Positions 1 to 12,240 of a stretch of 64,000 bases of DNA are shown here, piece after piece (position 1 is the stretch's first letter; every line of letters begins with the position of its first letter). Both the position numbers and the translations under genes were made by a program. The stretch is from positions 240,249 to 304,248 of the forward strand of contig NMRA01000523.1 in the NCBI GenBank assembly GCA_002633005.1, given 5' to 3'. Source of the stretch: Phoronis australis (taxonomy: Eukaryota > Animalia > Phoronida). Under the pieces are notes generated by a model that searched no databases, had not been told where the DNA came from, and saw only the letters and a list, made by a program, of their open reading frames with translations.

Positions 1-3000
1 AGCGGAACGCAACCCAGGTGAAGATTCCAATCACCACGCAGTTTTAGTTAACTCGATCATTTTGCTCAGTTACTGTGAACTTGCTTCGGTTCATCTGATT
101 TCGCTTGAAGTTAGTGCTTAAGTGTTCACAACGTGTAATGTTATTTTTACGCGTAAACGTGCTTATTCTACCAGTAGATTTGGCTCGGTACAAGATTATT
201 ACACGTGCACATGCTGTAGAATATAGGCCTTCGTGTGTAATCAAAAAGGGCCCTAGAAATAAAGTTCCGTAGCAAAAATTCGCAAACTACATTTTGAAAC
301 CACTTTCCAGTACCCAAAATATTGCCACACGCTATGCCAAAGGCTCTCCCCGTGATCGTTGTTCTTTTTTGAATTAGGACATGTTTACGGTACCCCCTAT
401 TGCCAAAAATGAGAAATTGGACTTTTTTCGTTTTGCGGTAGATTTCAAGAAAAAATAAAATATCGAATGTTGGTTTGAAAGCATTTATGTACAGAAAAGT
501 TGCCAATGAGATCATATTCATAGTATCAAACCTTAAGATCAAAACATCTAAGGTAATGTTTTTCGTTTTTGTGCCGTCCCTTCGCTTACGTGTTTGAACT
601 AATTTTCATGTGCATCACGTGCGAAATCTAATTGGTCACTGAACAACTATTCCCCGTGTTTGGGAAAACACCGCGAAACAGGCACATAGACAGAACACAT
701 GAAAACTTCATGTCCCTTCAACTTCTTTTATTCGAATAAGCTACCGCAAGCATTAGATCAACTTTAAATTGTCCTTCTCGCTCTGCACAACTGACTTACG
801 TCCTTTAGGTCCACTGTCCTGGACTAGACTAGATTCAACTGGTCACTAACACTGGTTTCAGTCATGGCTGGGTTCTGCTCGCGTGCTTTCTTTGCAATAC
901 CTGTCGATATATCTCGCGAAGTCTTGGGCGATGCGTTTCCTCGAAGACCTCACGTCTCCGGTACGCACACCAGTTTTTTGAGTCAAAGTACTGTAAGTAA
1001 TAAAGCTCTGTGAAAGTCAGTCCGGAATACAAAACTGGGAGAGAGAGCTACTTGGCGTGTATACTACATGTACATGAGCTAACTGTGTATAGTGGTTAGT
1101 CACGTGGTTAATAGGTACACGTACGCAGTGAGTGTTCAGAATCATTCTGATGTCGGCCCCAGTTCAGCAAGTCGGGATACCGGATAGGTTATCCAAAAAA
1201 ACCTAAAATGTAATTTTGGTCTTAGTCAACGATTTATACCGTAAAATATCCACGACTCATTCTCTTTGTTCATTGTGTACATCGTACACATCGTTATAAA
1301 ACAATGAGCCTTTTGGGAGGCGTGTTTGTCAATTCGGCGTATCTTACTTAATTTTAAGGGTATTTTGAGCCTCTTCTAGAAATGAAATGAACAAAAATAG
1401 AAAATTTCCAGAAAGTGACTCTATCGGAAGTTAGCGATTTTAGAATTTAACTGTCTGGGGGACCGGAAGGACATCGGTGAACGGCAGTGAAATACTGATC
1501 GTAGTAACAGGAGCCATTTTTCTGATCACGTGATAACAAACACATTAACATAGTGGAATAAATAGTTTCGTTTTCCCCAAAGCTTTTCGTAGCAGTACTG
1601 TACTTCTTCTGCAAGGCTGCTTCCGTAGAGGGTGCGTTCGTTGTTTTCTTGGATGGTGAATAGTACGCGTCACGATGAATTCCTCAAATGACTGGAAGAG
1701 AAATCGACGTAAATCGTTACATTATACGTATTGCAATTGATTTAAAGAGCTGAACACAGATTGAGAAAACTTTTGCACTGAGACAAATCATGCGCTAAGC
1801 AGGCACGTCGATGACGGATTTTGGGCTCGATGTTAATCAATGTTCGACTGTACAGCATCTGTCTACATTGTACATGTAGATTTATTGCGGAACCAGGGGA
1901 TCGTACGGGGGTACGGTGCAGCCACAATTCTTGGAGAAAAATGTCCTAAAAACGGCATGCCACGTCATTTTATTGATCGCGTTCTTAAAGGGGTTTGCCC
2001 CCTCCCCTGTCCCCCACCCCCGTTCGGCTCTCTTAGTTGAGAGCGGTTAGTTCTCTCTTCAGAACGTTCCCCTCGAAACATATGCAACACACTGGGCATT
2101 TTCGTAGCCTCAACTTGAGGCTACCAGAATACTCCAATAGTTCCGGATGCCCTGGGAGGTGAAATTCATATCCGCAGGTGCAGACATCATTCATACGGCA
2201 AGTCATGAGCATTTCAATGCATGAGAATTGGAAGCTACGAGAATAACCGAGGTGTTAGGAATGGTGAAATGGTGCATGTTCATCAAATCGATTTTTGACA
2301 GAGTAAAGTTTGATAGTCAGTGGCCTACGTAATCACAAGACTGAAAGCGCATTAACCATATTTTCAAAAGACCACTTTTTTCGCTAAAAGATTTCGCAAC
2401 ACGCGCAATGTGAATGGTTATTTTTCCTAATTTTATAATACATTGATACTGCACAAAGATTGCCATGAGCATCAAAGTTATCACATTACATATTTATTCA
2501 TCAGCTTGTACAGAAGTTTCCAAAGGCATTATGGAATCTAGTCTTGTTCAAACTGACAATTTTTATGATTAAATAAGCATTCACACTTCTGAAGGTACAC
2601 CTCAATGATGAGTGAGGGTATCAATATGACTCAGACACGTGCTCTAATATGCGGTCATGTACATAGTTTCTGTTCCCTGATTCCAAAACAGGAGAATTTT
2701 GCAATACACCGGAACATACAGTGTTGAGGAGCTATTGAAATCCCAACTGATAAGAGAGATTCAGATTTATCAGTTGGGAAATGGTTTGAATTACCTCATA
2801 TGTCTTCTAAATTCATTCACACGTTAGCCACAAAATAGTAAAAAGGAGATGGTTATGTGAAAGCACTGAATCCTGATCTTTTTTCGACTGTTTCACAAAA
2901 AAGGGAACTAATGTCTGACATTTTTTTCATGATACTTAGTGCATTACTGGTAAGCATATTTTTGTTTGTTTGTCATATCTTTATCCAGCAACCCACATTT

Positions 3001-4219
3001 TGTGACCGCTGGTGCTTAACCATGTGTAATCTCAATGAATTCTTGAGCGGGACTGGCAGACGCAGACATGCGCAGTTGACAATGTAACACGCTATGTAGT
3101 AGGCACATCCCAAATTCAACTTTTTCCTCTCTTACGATTTGTATGATCGGCCAAGTTTTTTTAATGTTTTCTTTAAAAAAGTGTTTGAAAGGTGAGGAGC
3201 GTACACATAAGCGACCGGGTCTGATCTTTGTATTCGAAATCCAACTTTAAATTATTTTTGACGTTTTACATTCAATTTTAATACGAAATCGAGATTAGTG
3301 TCTTTAATTCTGTGCTCGAGTATGTTATGGTTCATTTGGATGACCGCCTATGGTATCAGGGTAGAAGCTACATGTATAGGCCTACGTTCGAGTACGAACT
3401 ACACTGTATACATTGCTTATTTTGTGCATTTACTTGAGCTTGTACCTCAAATCAAGGAGACGTCAAGTGCCATCTTGAACTAGAAAGTCATCTCTCTAAA
3501 CCATAGGTTAACGGCCAGTTGAGTTTGTATTAAAGCAGGACAGAAAATGTCAATTTAATTTCGAGTTCGATTTCGAGTACAAATTTTCATACCCGCACCC
3601 TGAGCTGGGCAAGTACATGTAAGGAACGGTATATCGAACCCCTGGAATCGATCGACTCTATCGGATTTCATCGTTTTCTGAGGTCGAAAAACGCATTTTG
3701 GTATTATTGTTGGATGGGAGAGACTTTTTGAAGTCACTCGTCTTTAGTTTTGACCAGAGCTCTAAAACAATAACAAATTCGTTGTCTTTTTGTGATTCTG
3801 TTACACTCGCCGTTGTTTGTCAGTCATTCGCTGGCAACAAGGTGTGTGGCGTTACCAGTTAAACACATAACTTACTCAGACAATTATTATGTGAATTTAG
3901 CTCAGCTAGCAGAATGCTTGTCTGCAACTTAGAAGGTTTCTGGTGTGGCTGTTCTCAAGAAAGTCACAAACGCACCGAATCGGCCACGTCACACGGAACT
4001 AATTCCTGATGCTTTATATTTCAACACAAAATGATAACACTTAAATTCACGAGTGATTAACGAAGTGGAATTTTAAGAAGTGAAAAACTCAGCTCAGCCT
4101 CGACTCACGTACATGTACATGTACCATCCTAACGCGCAGCATTGTGGGTAAGTGCGGTACAAACAGATTGGCTTAGTGATTATTTTGTTAGTCCACGGTC
4201 CTCCGTCGAAATGCCTACC

Positions 4220-4334
4220 TTAGGCCAGTGACCTTCTTCGACGCCTCACCAACACGACGACGCAGGCGATGAGTCCAATCACAACAACAGCAGCGATGAC
4301 GATTCCAGTAATGGCGCCAGCCATCCGACCAGAG
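4220..4334 (-). CDS. Shisa-like gene exon 4 (TM helix, basic tail, stop)
   Basis: Acceptor attcag|C; encodes SGRMAGAITGIVIAAVVVIGLIACVVVLVRRRRRSLA*, a hydrophobic helix followed by a positive-inside cluster. Confidence 0.87.
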
Positions 4335-7300
4335 CTGAATATGTGAACAGACTAATTTTGAAACAACACTGCCAACTGATGAATTTCGACACTTAAAGTA
4401 ACAAGGATCAATGCAAATTTCAACAAAACTTTTAAATCTTGTTAAAAAGCGGGCGGATTCAGTGGGGGCGAAGGGGCCTTGTCTCTCCCAAAATTCTCAC
4501 AGCTAGCAAAGTACGTATAGTAACTATTACAACTGAGATATTCAGCATGTGGGCGGTGAGGGCGTTTCCCACAAATGTATTGACGAATCAGGGCGTGTTT
4601 GTATTCTCTGCAGTTAGGGTCGGATCTACTATATTACAAAAGAGGGACTCAATTCATCACCAACTGTTTACATTATAATAGGCACATTTCTTTTAGGATA
4701 TTTCTTAAAAGTTCTTAAAATACTTTTTGTTGAATGTAAAATAACACATTGAACTTATTGTAGTTGGAATTACAAGCGACAGGAGCTGTTTGAAATCGTT
4801 GAATGCAAATGTTAACAGCTTTTTAACAGTTTTTGTCAACTTGTTGTGTGTTACTTACTACTGCCTGCCATAATATTTTTGAGCATTTTTAGTCGATTAC
4901 TTCAAGGAACTAAAATTATCTCAATGAAAGCGTCAATCGGACCCCGCAAGATATGATCCTTCTTTTGNNNNNNNNNNNNNNNNNNNNNNNNNNNNNNNNN
5001 NNNNNNNNNNNNNNNNNNNNNNNNNNNNNNNNNNNNNNNNNNNNNNNNNNNNNNNNNNNNNNNNNNNNNNNNNNNNNNNNNNNNNNNNNNNNNNNNNNNN
5101 NNNNNNNNNNNNNNNNNNNNNNNNNNNNNNNNNNNNNNNNNNNNNNNNNNNNNNNNNNNNNNNNNNNNNNNNNNNNNNNNNNNNNNNNNNNNNNNTGTTT
5201 TGCAGTGATAACTGTACCCAACGGCCAAGGCCGCAGGTTTAAGCCATACTTTCATTTCTGGCCTTTGAATTCCTTAGCATTGACGTCACAAGTAGATGAT
5301 AAAGCGAAATCAACAACTGTTTAGTGGGACAGAGTAAGTAAAACATGCCAAAATTGACCAAAAACGCATTCGAAAGGCTAACATTCCAATGTAAGGTTAT
5401 CCAGGACATTAGTAAACGACCCCAAATCTAAGTCAAATATCAAAAAACTATGCTTTGGCAACCATTAAAAGTATTCTGAAAGAAAAAAGATTGAGAATTC
5501 TAAAAACGTGCTTCTTACTACTGTGTCTTTATTAGTGTCACGTGACCACGGTTTTAAATCAAAAAATTTTCTTGTGCAAGAAAGGTACATTCATAGCAAA
5601 ATAACCTAACAGAGTTTTGGGGACAACGCAAGCTTTTCATTTAAAAAGTTTTTAGTAAAATCGGCTGGGAGGGGGGGGGTTATTTTGATATGAATGATAT
5701 TGTAATGTCCTGTTTTGTTGTCACGGGAAGGCTGTGCTGTTTTTCAATTTATTGCAATACTATTAATTTTCTGATGCATGTATCTACAACACTCAAATTC
5801 AAATAAAAGGTAAAATAAAACACATGTGCTGTTTAATCATCGAAAAGATTTTTTCTCCCTAGCTGCCGGCATGCGTGTGACGTCAGTGGTTCAAAGGGGT
5901 CTTTGGTTAATAGTAACCATTGTGCGAGAAAACTGTCTCTGCGGCTGCCATTTTACTACTCTCACCTTCTTGCTCGGCAAGCACTATAAAAACTTTGAGT
6001 TGTAGTAACAAAATAACGAGTTTTCCCTGTTCGCACAGTAGGCTACTGCACCCACTGCCGTGGGTTGATGGCTTCTGTAATATAATTGATGCCACAACAG
6101 GCCCGTAGCCAGCATTGCGCAGGGGGCGGTTTGAATTTCTGGAACTTTTGACCTTTGATATTTTGCAATGGTCGACACGCCAAACTTTCAAATCAGGCGT
6201 GCTTCAATACATATTCAGACACAATTTTTTAGTCTGAGAATGACTTGACGAAATTTTTATCTGGTTGTATTTTTGCATGTTACCTACATCGCTGGAAATG
6301 GGCACAGCACACTATTATGAAGGTCCACTACTCCAAAGGTTCACTACTCCGAAAATATCGAAATTTTCGAACCCAGGTTTAATTTTTATACTTTTACATG
6401 CAAAAGTAAACGATACTTCGGTTATTAGATGCTCTGAGTGGTGTACCGACACCGAAAACAACGTCCGCATACTATTGATTTCATGCACATACGAAATTGC
6501 CTGTATGTCTTACGAATACGGAAAACTAAGTACGTTCTTGCATTTTTAAAAGGATACCAACTCCAAGTTTGGCCCATTGACAGGTACTAAAAATGACTTT
6601 CCATCCATTTCTCTAAAACAAAATAATACTTCGCGACCACTGACAACCCTCAGAAGTTTGTTGAACAATTTGAACACTCCTTTCAAAGTTTGCTAAACGA
6701 GCAAGCGTAACCTACGTTTTTTGCGAAATACACGACAACTGTGGGGAAGGTCCACCCACCAAGGACCATATTGTCCAAACTATGACAAGGGGTGTATGAA
6801 TTTTCACGTGATTCTTTCCTTAAAAGGATTCTAAGCCCTATTTTGATGATTTCAACGAATCTTCGTTCTCTCACTTGCTGATGCATCATTGGCGTCAATC
6901 GCGAAAGATAAAGCAGGAATCAACTAAGAATTCGTCCACGCTATCCCATGAATTGGACAATATGGTCCTTGGTGGGTGATCTTTCCCACAGACGCCGCGT
7001 AACTCGCTAGAAGCGTAGATCGCGCTTGCTTCTTTATCAGAATTTGTAGGGAGTTTTCCGATTTCCTCAAAAGTTTAGAGGGTTGTCCAGTCGTTACAGG
7101 GCATTATTTCGTTCCAGAGAACTGGATGGGAAAGTCGTTTTAGTATCTGTTGATAAAACCGGGTTTGGTATACTTTTAACTTGGAAGATTGACACCAGAG
7201 ATGCATCAGCAGGTGACAGAACAAGGATTGGTGGAAATCATCACAGGGTTTACTATCCTTTTAAAAGAATACAAAATAGGGATATTGATGAATTATTACT

Positions 7301-10300
7301 TCACTCTACGTAACTGGTGGAAACTAAATGTACTTAGAAGGCTATCCTGTCCCTGCCAATTTTCATAAAGACAAAAGCTATGCAATGGTTACTAAATGGA
7401 CAAAAAACATTTCATTCACGTCAGTTCCAACTCATTAGCATACAACCAGAGTAATGAATTGTCGGAGTAGTGAAACTTCATAGTAGCGGACTTTGTGTGA
7501 AGTGAACCTTTGGAATAATGACACGTAACCTTGGAAATCTTTTGCATCAAGTTTCTCGTATGAAGTCTCCGACGCTGTGCACCATTGCCACAGACGGACA
7601 AGGGGACACATTCTTCATTGACCAAAGATCCATTAGCTTTAGACCTGCTTTTCCCTAATACTGTGAACATGCTCGTTTCCTCAGTGCAAGAACATACGGT
7701 AGTAAATATTTGTTTTTTGTTTGAGCAACGACAGAAGACTGCCTATAGTGAACTTACCGTCGACGTGTACTGGAATTAAAAGAATGAAAACGCACATACG
7801 TGTACACGCGCATGCATTTCAATCCACCAATCCACCATGAAAGTGGACACGGGATGAACAACAATCATTCGACGATCACCTTCAGTTAGAAATTTGAAAT
7901 GCCTGCACCTTACCCTACTACATGTATGCTATCAAGTACACCAAAACAGCAGATAACAACCATGTTTTTGCTGTTTTGTTTCTTGCTCGATTTTAAGATA
8001 TTCACGCCATACTACTTTTTGTGAGCTAGACATAAGTTCGCTATTTTAAAGCTTAACTAGTTATACATGTAGACATTTACAGGTAGTTCTAGACTCCCTT
8101 GTTACCCTACGATGTATCCTTGGCCAGAAGATAATTCGTCTAACTTAAGTTATAATTATAGTTAGTACTACCAGTAGCTGCAACAATTTTGTTGTTGTTG
8201 TTGTTGTTGTTGCTGTTGTTGTTGTTGTTGTTGCTATTGTTGTGGTTGTTGTCCATCTATACCCCGTCTCTAACAGATAGCTGGGGCTGGACCTTTTCCG
8301 CGGGGGGTTCGATCGAANNNNNNNNNNNNNNNNNNNNNNNNNNNNNNNNNNNNNNNNNNNNNNNNNNNNNNNNNNNNNNNNNNNNNNNNNNNNNNNNNNN
8401 NNNNNNNNNNNNNNNNNNNNNNNNNNNNNNNNNNNNNNNNNNNNNNNNNNNNNNNNNNNNNNNNNNNNNNNNNNNNNNNNNNNNNNNNNNNNNNNNNNNN
8501 NNNNNNNNNNNNNNNNNNNNNNNNNNNNNNNNNNNNNNNNNNNNNNTACGCGTCTGCTGGAACATAATGTTGTTGTTTACAACACTTTTATTGAACTTAC
8601 TCGGCCCAGTAGGTGCAGCACTTTTGTCCACTTTCAGGACCACAGCAGTACTCCATGTTGTCGTCCTGGTTGGGAAGTGGGCAGATGAACAGTCGGTGTA
8701 TTGTGCCGTTTTTTGTCTGGTAGTTCTTGCATATTGTCGGTTCTGGAAGAATGCATATGCATGGTAAGGTATAAAGATCAAAATGTTAATTTACAGTTTT
8801 ATAGGTATAGCATCACAAATATTACCCTGATGCAGGATAAAAGCTGTACCTGTTCCTCATGGGCGGCGCACCATAAGGGGCCGGGGGGCTACAGCCCCAC
8901 CTCCACTTTTTTCTATGCTCCGGCGCCCATGGTCTATGGGCGGTGCACCACAGGGGGGCTAGGGACTATAGAACCCCCCCCCCCCAGCCCCCAGTTTTTT
9001 TAAGTGCTGCGCGGCCCATGTTCTTGCATGGTCACGAAACTATTTATAGTATAATAGAGGCTGATTTTTTTCGGTTTCTCTGGTTTTCTTTTCAAGACAA
9101 AAACCTTTTACCCTTGTTAGGATTCTTTCTGTACTGCATGCTCAGCGTGTACCTCCGGCCACCGTAGAACAATGCTCCAGAGGCTGCCAGTGATTTCCAG
9201 TTACCGTAACCGCTTCTGGACCCGCCAGATCTGCCACTGCCTCTACTTCCGCCTCTTCCCCCGCCTCCTCTTCCTCCGCCACCGCCTCTTCCGCCGCCGC
9301 GGCACTCTGCAATAGCAATGCTATAACTGCAATCAGCCTGAATTATAGTTGTTCAGAGGGAGTTGCACTATACTAAATCCGGTCTTGGACTATTAACAGA
9401 TATTAAGTACGACTTCACCATCAAGGTCTCTAAAACAAAACCGACACCTCGTCAATCCTCAAACGTTTGGTGCAAACTTGAAAACTCTTTACAAAGTGAC
9501 CTATAGTATACTTGAGGCGACTTACACAACAGTAAGACTATTCTGCCAAGAACCATTGTAATGCCCGTTGAACATGTACGTGTAGACCAAACTCGATTTT
9601 TCATTCAAGTAACACGTCAATGGCGCATATGCAGGGGACCGAACAAGGATTGAGGGAAATCACCAAAACAGGGTCTAGTAACAATTAACTGTTGTTGGGA
9701 GTGCTTGTTGTTGATAAACTCCAGTCCATGCGTGACAGACTGACAGACAGACAGACAGGTAGATAGAGAGAAAGACAGGTAGATATATACATAGGAAGAT
9801 ACATATATACATACATACATACATACATACATACATACATACATACACACACATATACATACATATATACATTCATACATACATGTACATGCATACATAC
9901 ATGTACATGCATACATGCATACATACATATACATAAATACATACATACATTCGTTCATACACATATATACTTTCGTTCATACATACATACATTCATACAT
10001 ACATACACATACATACACACACATAGACATACACACACACACACACACACACACNCTAGGCCTACATACACACATGCATGCATAGGCCTGCACACATACA
10101 AGATACATGTATACATACATACATTCATACATACATACATACATACATTCATACATACATACATACGTACACACCCACATACATACATTCATACATACAT
10201 ACGTACACACACACACACATACATTCATACATACATACGTACACACACACATACATACATTCATACATACATACGTACACACTCACACATACATACATTC

Positions 10301-12161
10301 ATACATACATGCATACATACATACATACATTGTACACACACAGAATTTGTTAAATGCACGACACTTTTCATTGTTCACAGTCTTTATTCCGTTACGTTCG
10401 TACTTTCGGAACAAAACTCTACTCTCAACTGGACATAGATACAGTGACTGACCTAGCGACATAATTAATTATTTTTAATTACTTTTAAAGGTGAATGCCA
10501 CCCGATTTAATTAGTCTTTTTGCCGTCTTAATCGTTCTATATCCACATCGCCTCGCATACGGCCGACCTTACCTTGCCAAGAGGTGTGTGTATAATAATT
10601 ATATAAATACACAAAAAAGATAAAACCCGTCATAACGCATTGTCTTAATTGAGCTAGAAAGAGAACTGGCTAGTTAGTAAATTAAATAATTACAAATGTA
10701 TACAGGCAATCAATTTTATGACCTAATGAAACAACGATCTAATATTCAGCACATTGGTCTATATTGTATTTTTATAAAAACGACTGAATGCTTGCAGGCC
10801 ATGAGTCGATATTTTGTCAATCAGACAATGGGAGGTATGCAATACATGTAGTTTCTTTCTAAGTTGGAAATGTGATACTTACGGCATTTCTGAGATATGG
10901 CGTTCTTAAATGAACCAAAAATAAGACACACAAGTAAGGAGATCAAGATATGAAAGTTTCAATGATAATTATGTTGGTAAGCGGCGAGTTCACGACCAAC
11001 AATAACTGACTAAGTCACGAGCTATCAATTTCGACTCGTACTGGAGTTTTCTGCAGACAAGCCCAGGACGGATGAAGTACATTCGTGAAATAAAACTGTA
11101 TGAGTTTAGGGACCAAACGTCAAATCCAAATATTCGCTTGGGCGTAAAGTTGTCAGTACTGTAACCGTCGCCGCAAATGCAAAGAAAGTCCAATTCGCAA
11201 CGATATCCGTATGCCCACAGAGGAACGAGACAATTGTTGAAAATTTTCAGAATTACAATTTTGAATTCCGTTTCCTCTGAAAGTGGAACAGATTCCACAT
11301 ATACGCCCTTGTTATATCTGTTGGAATTTTTCCTTATGTACTCGCACATGACCTATTTAAAGATGGGCCTGTCTGAAGAAAACTCCGGTAGACATGAGGT
11401 CAGTACGGACTGGGGCCTGTACTGCAGTACGTCATACGCTTATGAGTGATGCTGTTGCAAAACATGATTGCACATTCTCGCTCAAATGGATATATATATG
11501 AGTTGCGTTCGAAGCAAGTTCACGGATAAACAAAGAACACTAAAACGAAGACAAAATACAAGCTGGAGTACCACGATAAATACGTACACTACCACGACGT
11601 TTATTTAAATACAATGGCAGCATAGGAACGTAAATTACATGATGTACAAATGTGGGTGACAATCTACCATAGATGGTAAAAATTGAGTTTGAATGAGACG
11701 TAGACAATGTTTAAAATGTAGATGAAGACAATAATTATCCGCTCGCTGAGAAAGCTTTGGTAGTGACCCATTTTTGGGCCTGTTTACCAGCCTTTATTTT
11801 ATGTTGTACAATGAGCTATAGGCTTACCTGCCTCTCGTTCAGTACCGCTAGGACCTCGCTAAAAGCAAGACTCCGCAAGATTATGTGAGATATTACCATG
11901 TATTTTCAATGGAACACGTGACTTCTTGGCTACATTTAAGCTAGGTCCTAGCGTTACTGAACTCACGCCAGGTATAGCGCATACTAGACTACACGTTCAA
12001 ACCATCATACATGACACATGCAACACATATTGTTTATAGCAGTATTTAATTAAAACAGAGCACACAACGGACCGGTACGAACTCATACCTGTGTAATTGA
12101 TTGAGAACACAATGGCCAAGAGAAAGACAGCCACATGTAGTAAAACTTTACAGTTGGCCAT
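4220..12161 (-). CDS. Spliced gene (4 coding exons, 174 aa): RGG-rich, Shisa-like/CX six-cysteine single-pass membrane protein
   Basis: Exons 12161-12089, 9306-9112, 8742-8601 and 4334-4220 have GT-AG boundaries and matching phases (1,1,2), totalling 525 nt. Translation: MANCKVLLHVAVFLLAIVFSINYTECRGGGRGGGGGRGGGGRGGSRGSGRSGGSRSGYGNWKSLAASGALFYGGRRYTLSMQYRKNPNKEPTICKNYQTKNGTIHRLFICPLPNQDDNMEYCCGPESGQKCCTYWADSGRMAGAITGIVIAAVVVIGLIACVVVLVRRRRRSLA*. The C..C..CC..CC pattern followed by a TM helix is typical of Shisa-like/CX (STMC6) proteins. Confidence 0.88.
4968..5195. other. Assembly gap (N run)
   Basis: Run of N. Confidence 0.99.
6546..7179. mobile_element. TTAA-flanked foldback (palindromic) MITE, about 630 bp
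   Basis: TTAA|AAGGATACCAA ... TTGGTATACTT|TTAA; long imperfect arms, e.g. CACCCACCAAGGACCATATTGTCCAA (about 6754) and TTGGACAATATGGTCCTTGGTGGGTG (about 6953). Confidence 0.78.
8188..8251. repeat. (TTG)n microsatellite
   Basis: Read directly from the sequence. Confidence 0.95.
8318..8546. other. Assembly gap (N run)
   Basis: Run of N. Confidence 0.99.
8601..8742 (-). CDS. Shisa-like gene exon 3 (six-cysteine domain)
   Basis: Acceptor tcttccag|AA; encodes PTICKNY...FICP...YCCG...KCCTYW; donor GA|gtaagt. Confidence 0.9.
8858..9020. repeat. Two tandem short G/C-rich mini-elements with ATGGGCG..GCCCATG termini
   Basis: 8858-8931 and 8936-9020 each contain GGGGCT..AGCCCC and terminal inverted repeats. 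Confidence 0.5.
9112..9306 (-). CDS. Shisa-like gene exon 2 (RGG tract and LAASGALFYGG stretch)
   Basis: Acceptor ttgcag|AG; 195 nt open frame; donor AAG G|gtaaaa. Confidence 0.87.
9735..10342. repeat. Compound (GACA)n/(CATA)n/(CA)n microsatellite
   Basis: Read directly; explains the spurious MYVC/HTYI ORFs. Confidence 0.95.
10485..10588 (+). mobile_element. Terminal fragment of the same Kolobok-like family, in intron 1 of the Shisa-like gene
   Basis: TTAA|AGGTGAATGCCACCCGATTTAATTAGTC...ATCCACATCGCC matches the THAP-side terminus of copies A-C. Confidence 0.8.
11836..11962. mobile_element. Small MITE family (GTTCAGTAACGCTAGGACCT TIR); further copies at about 19518-19600 (partial) and 59675-59828
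   Basis: Inverted termini GTTCAGTACCGCTAGGACCT / AGGTCCTAGCGTTACTGAAC; shared core GCAAGACT(T/C)CGC(G/A)AGATTA. Confidence 0.7.
12089..12161 (-). CDS. Shisa-like gene exon 1 (signal peptide)
   Basis: ATG at 12161; encodes MANCKVLLHVAVFLLAIVFSINYT; donor G|gtatga, phase 1. Confidence 0.85.
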
Positions 12162-12229
12162 TTTCTGCGTTCGATGTGCTTCTTTCAAACGTCAAACTGG
12201 TATTGTGCAATCTGCATGACGAGTACCCT

Positions 12230-12240
12230 AATTTATAGTG
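12230..12240 (-). promoter_or_regulatory. Putative TATA box of the Shisa-like gene
   Basis: Minus strand reads cacTATAAAttagg about 70 nt upstream of the ATG at 12161. Confidence 0.5.

Noticed and set aside
168-542. 124-aa minus-strand ORF
   Set aside because: No recognisable motifs, an AT-rich repeat-like context and no supporting splice structure.
824-900. Possible minus-strand exon (G)IAKKAREQNPAMTETSVSDQLNLV*, in phase with a read-through of the Shisa-like stop codon
   Set aside because: The acceptor lacks a pyrimidine tract, the flank resembles a MITE core, and TAA read-through has no support.
3895-3950. tRNA-like TAGCTCAGCTAGCAGAATG segment
   Set aside because: Only an A-box/D-arm-like half, with no T-arm or acceptor stem; at most a decayed SINE head.
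8189-8781. Poly-Leu ORF (+) and 174-aa ORF (-) spanning a gap
   Set aside because: Artefacts of (TTG)n and N runs; the real exon 8742-8601 is in a different minus-strand frame.
9617-10451. Several 65-115 aa ORFs rich in MYVC or HTYI
   Set aside because: They are translations of the (CATA)n/(CA)n microsatellite.
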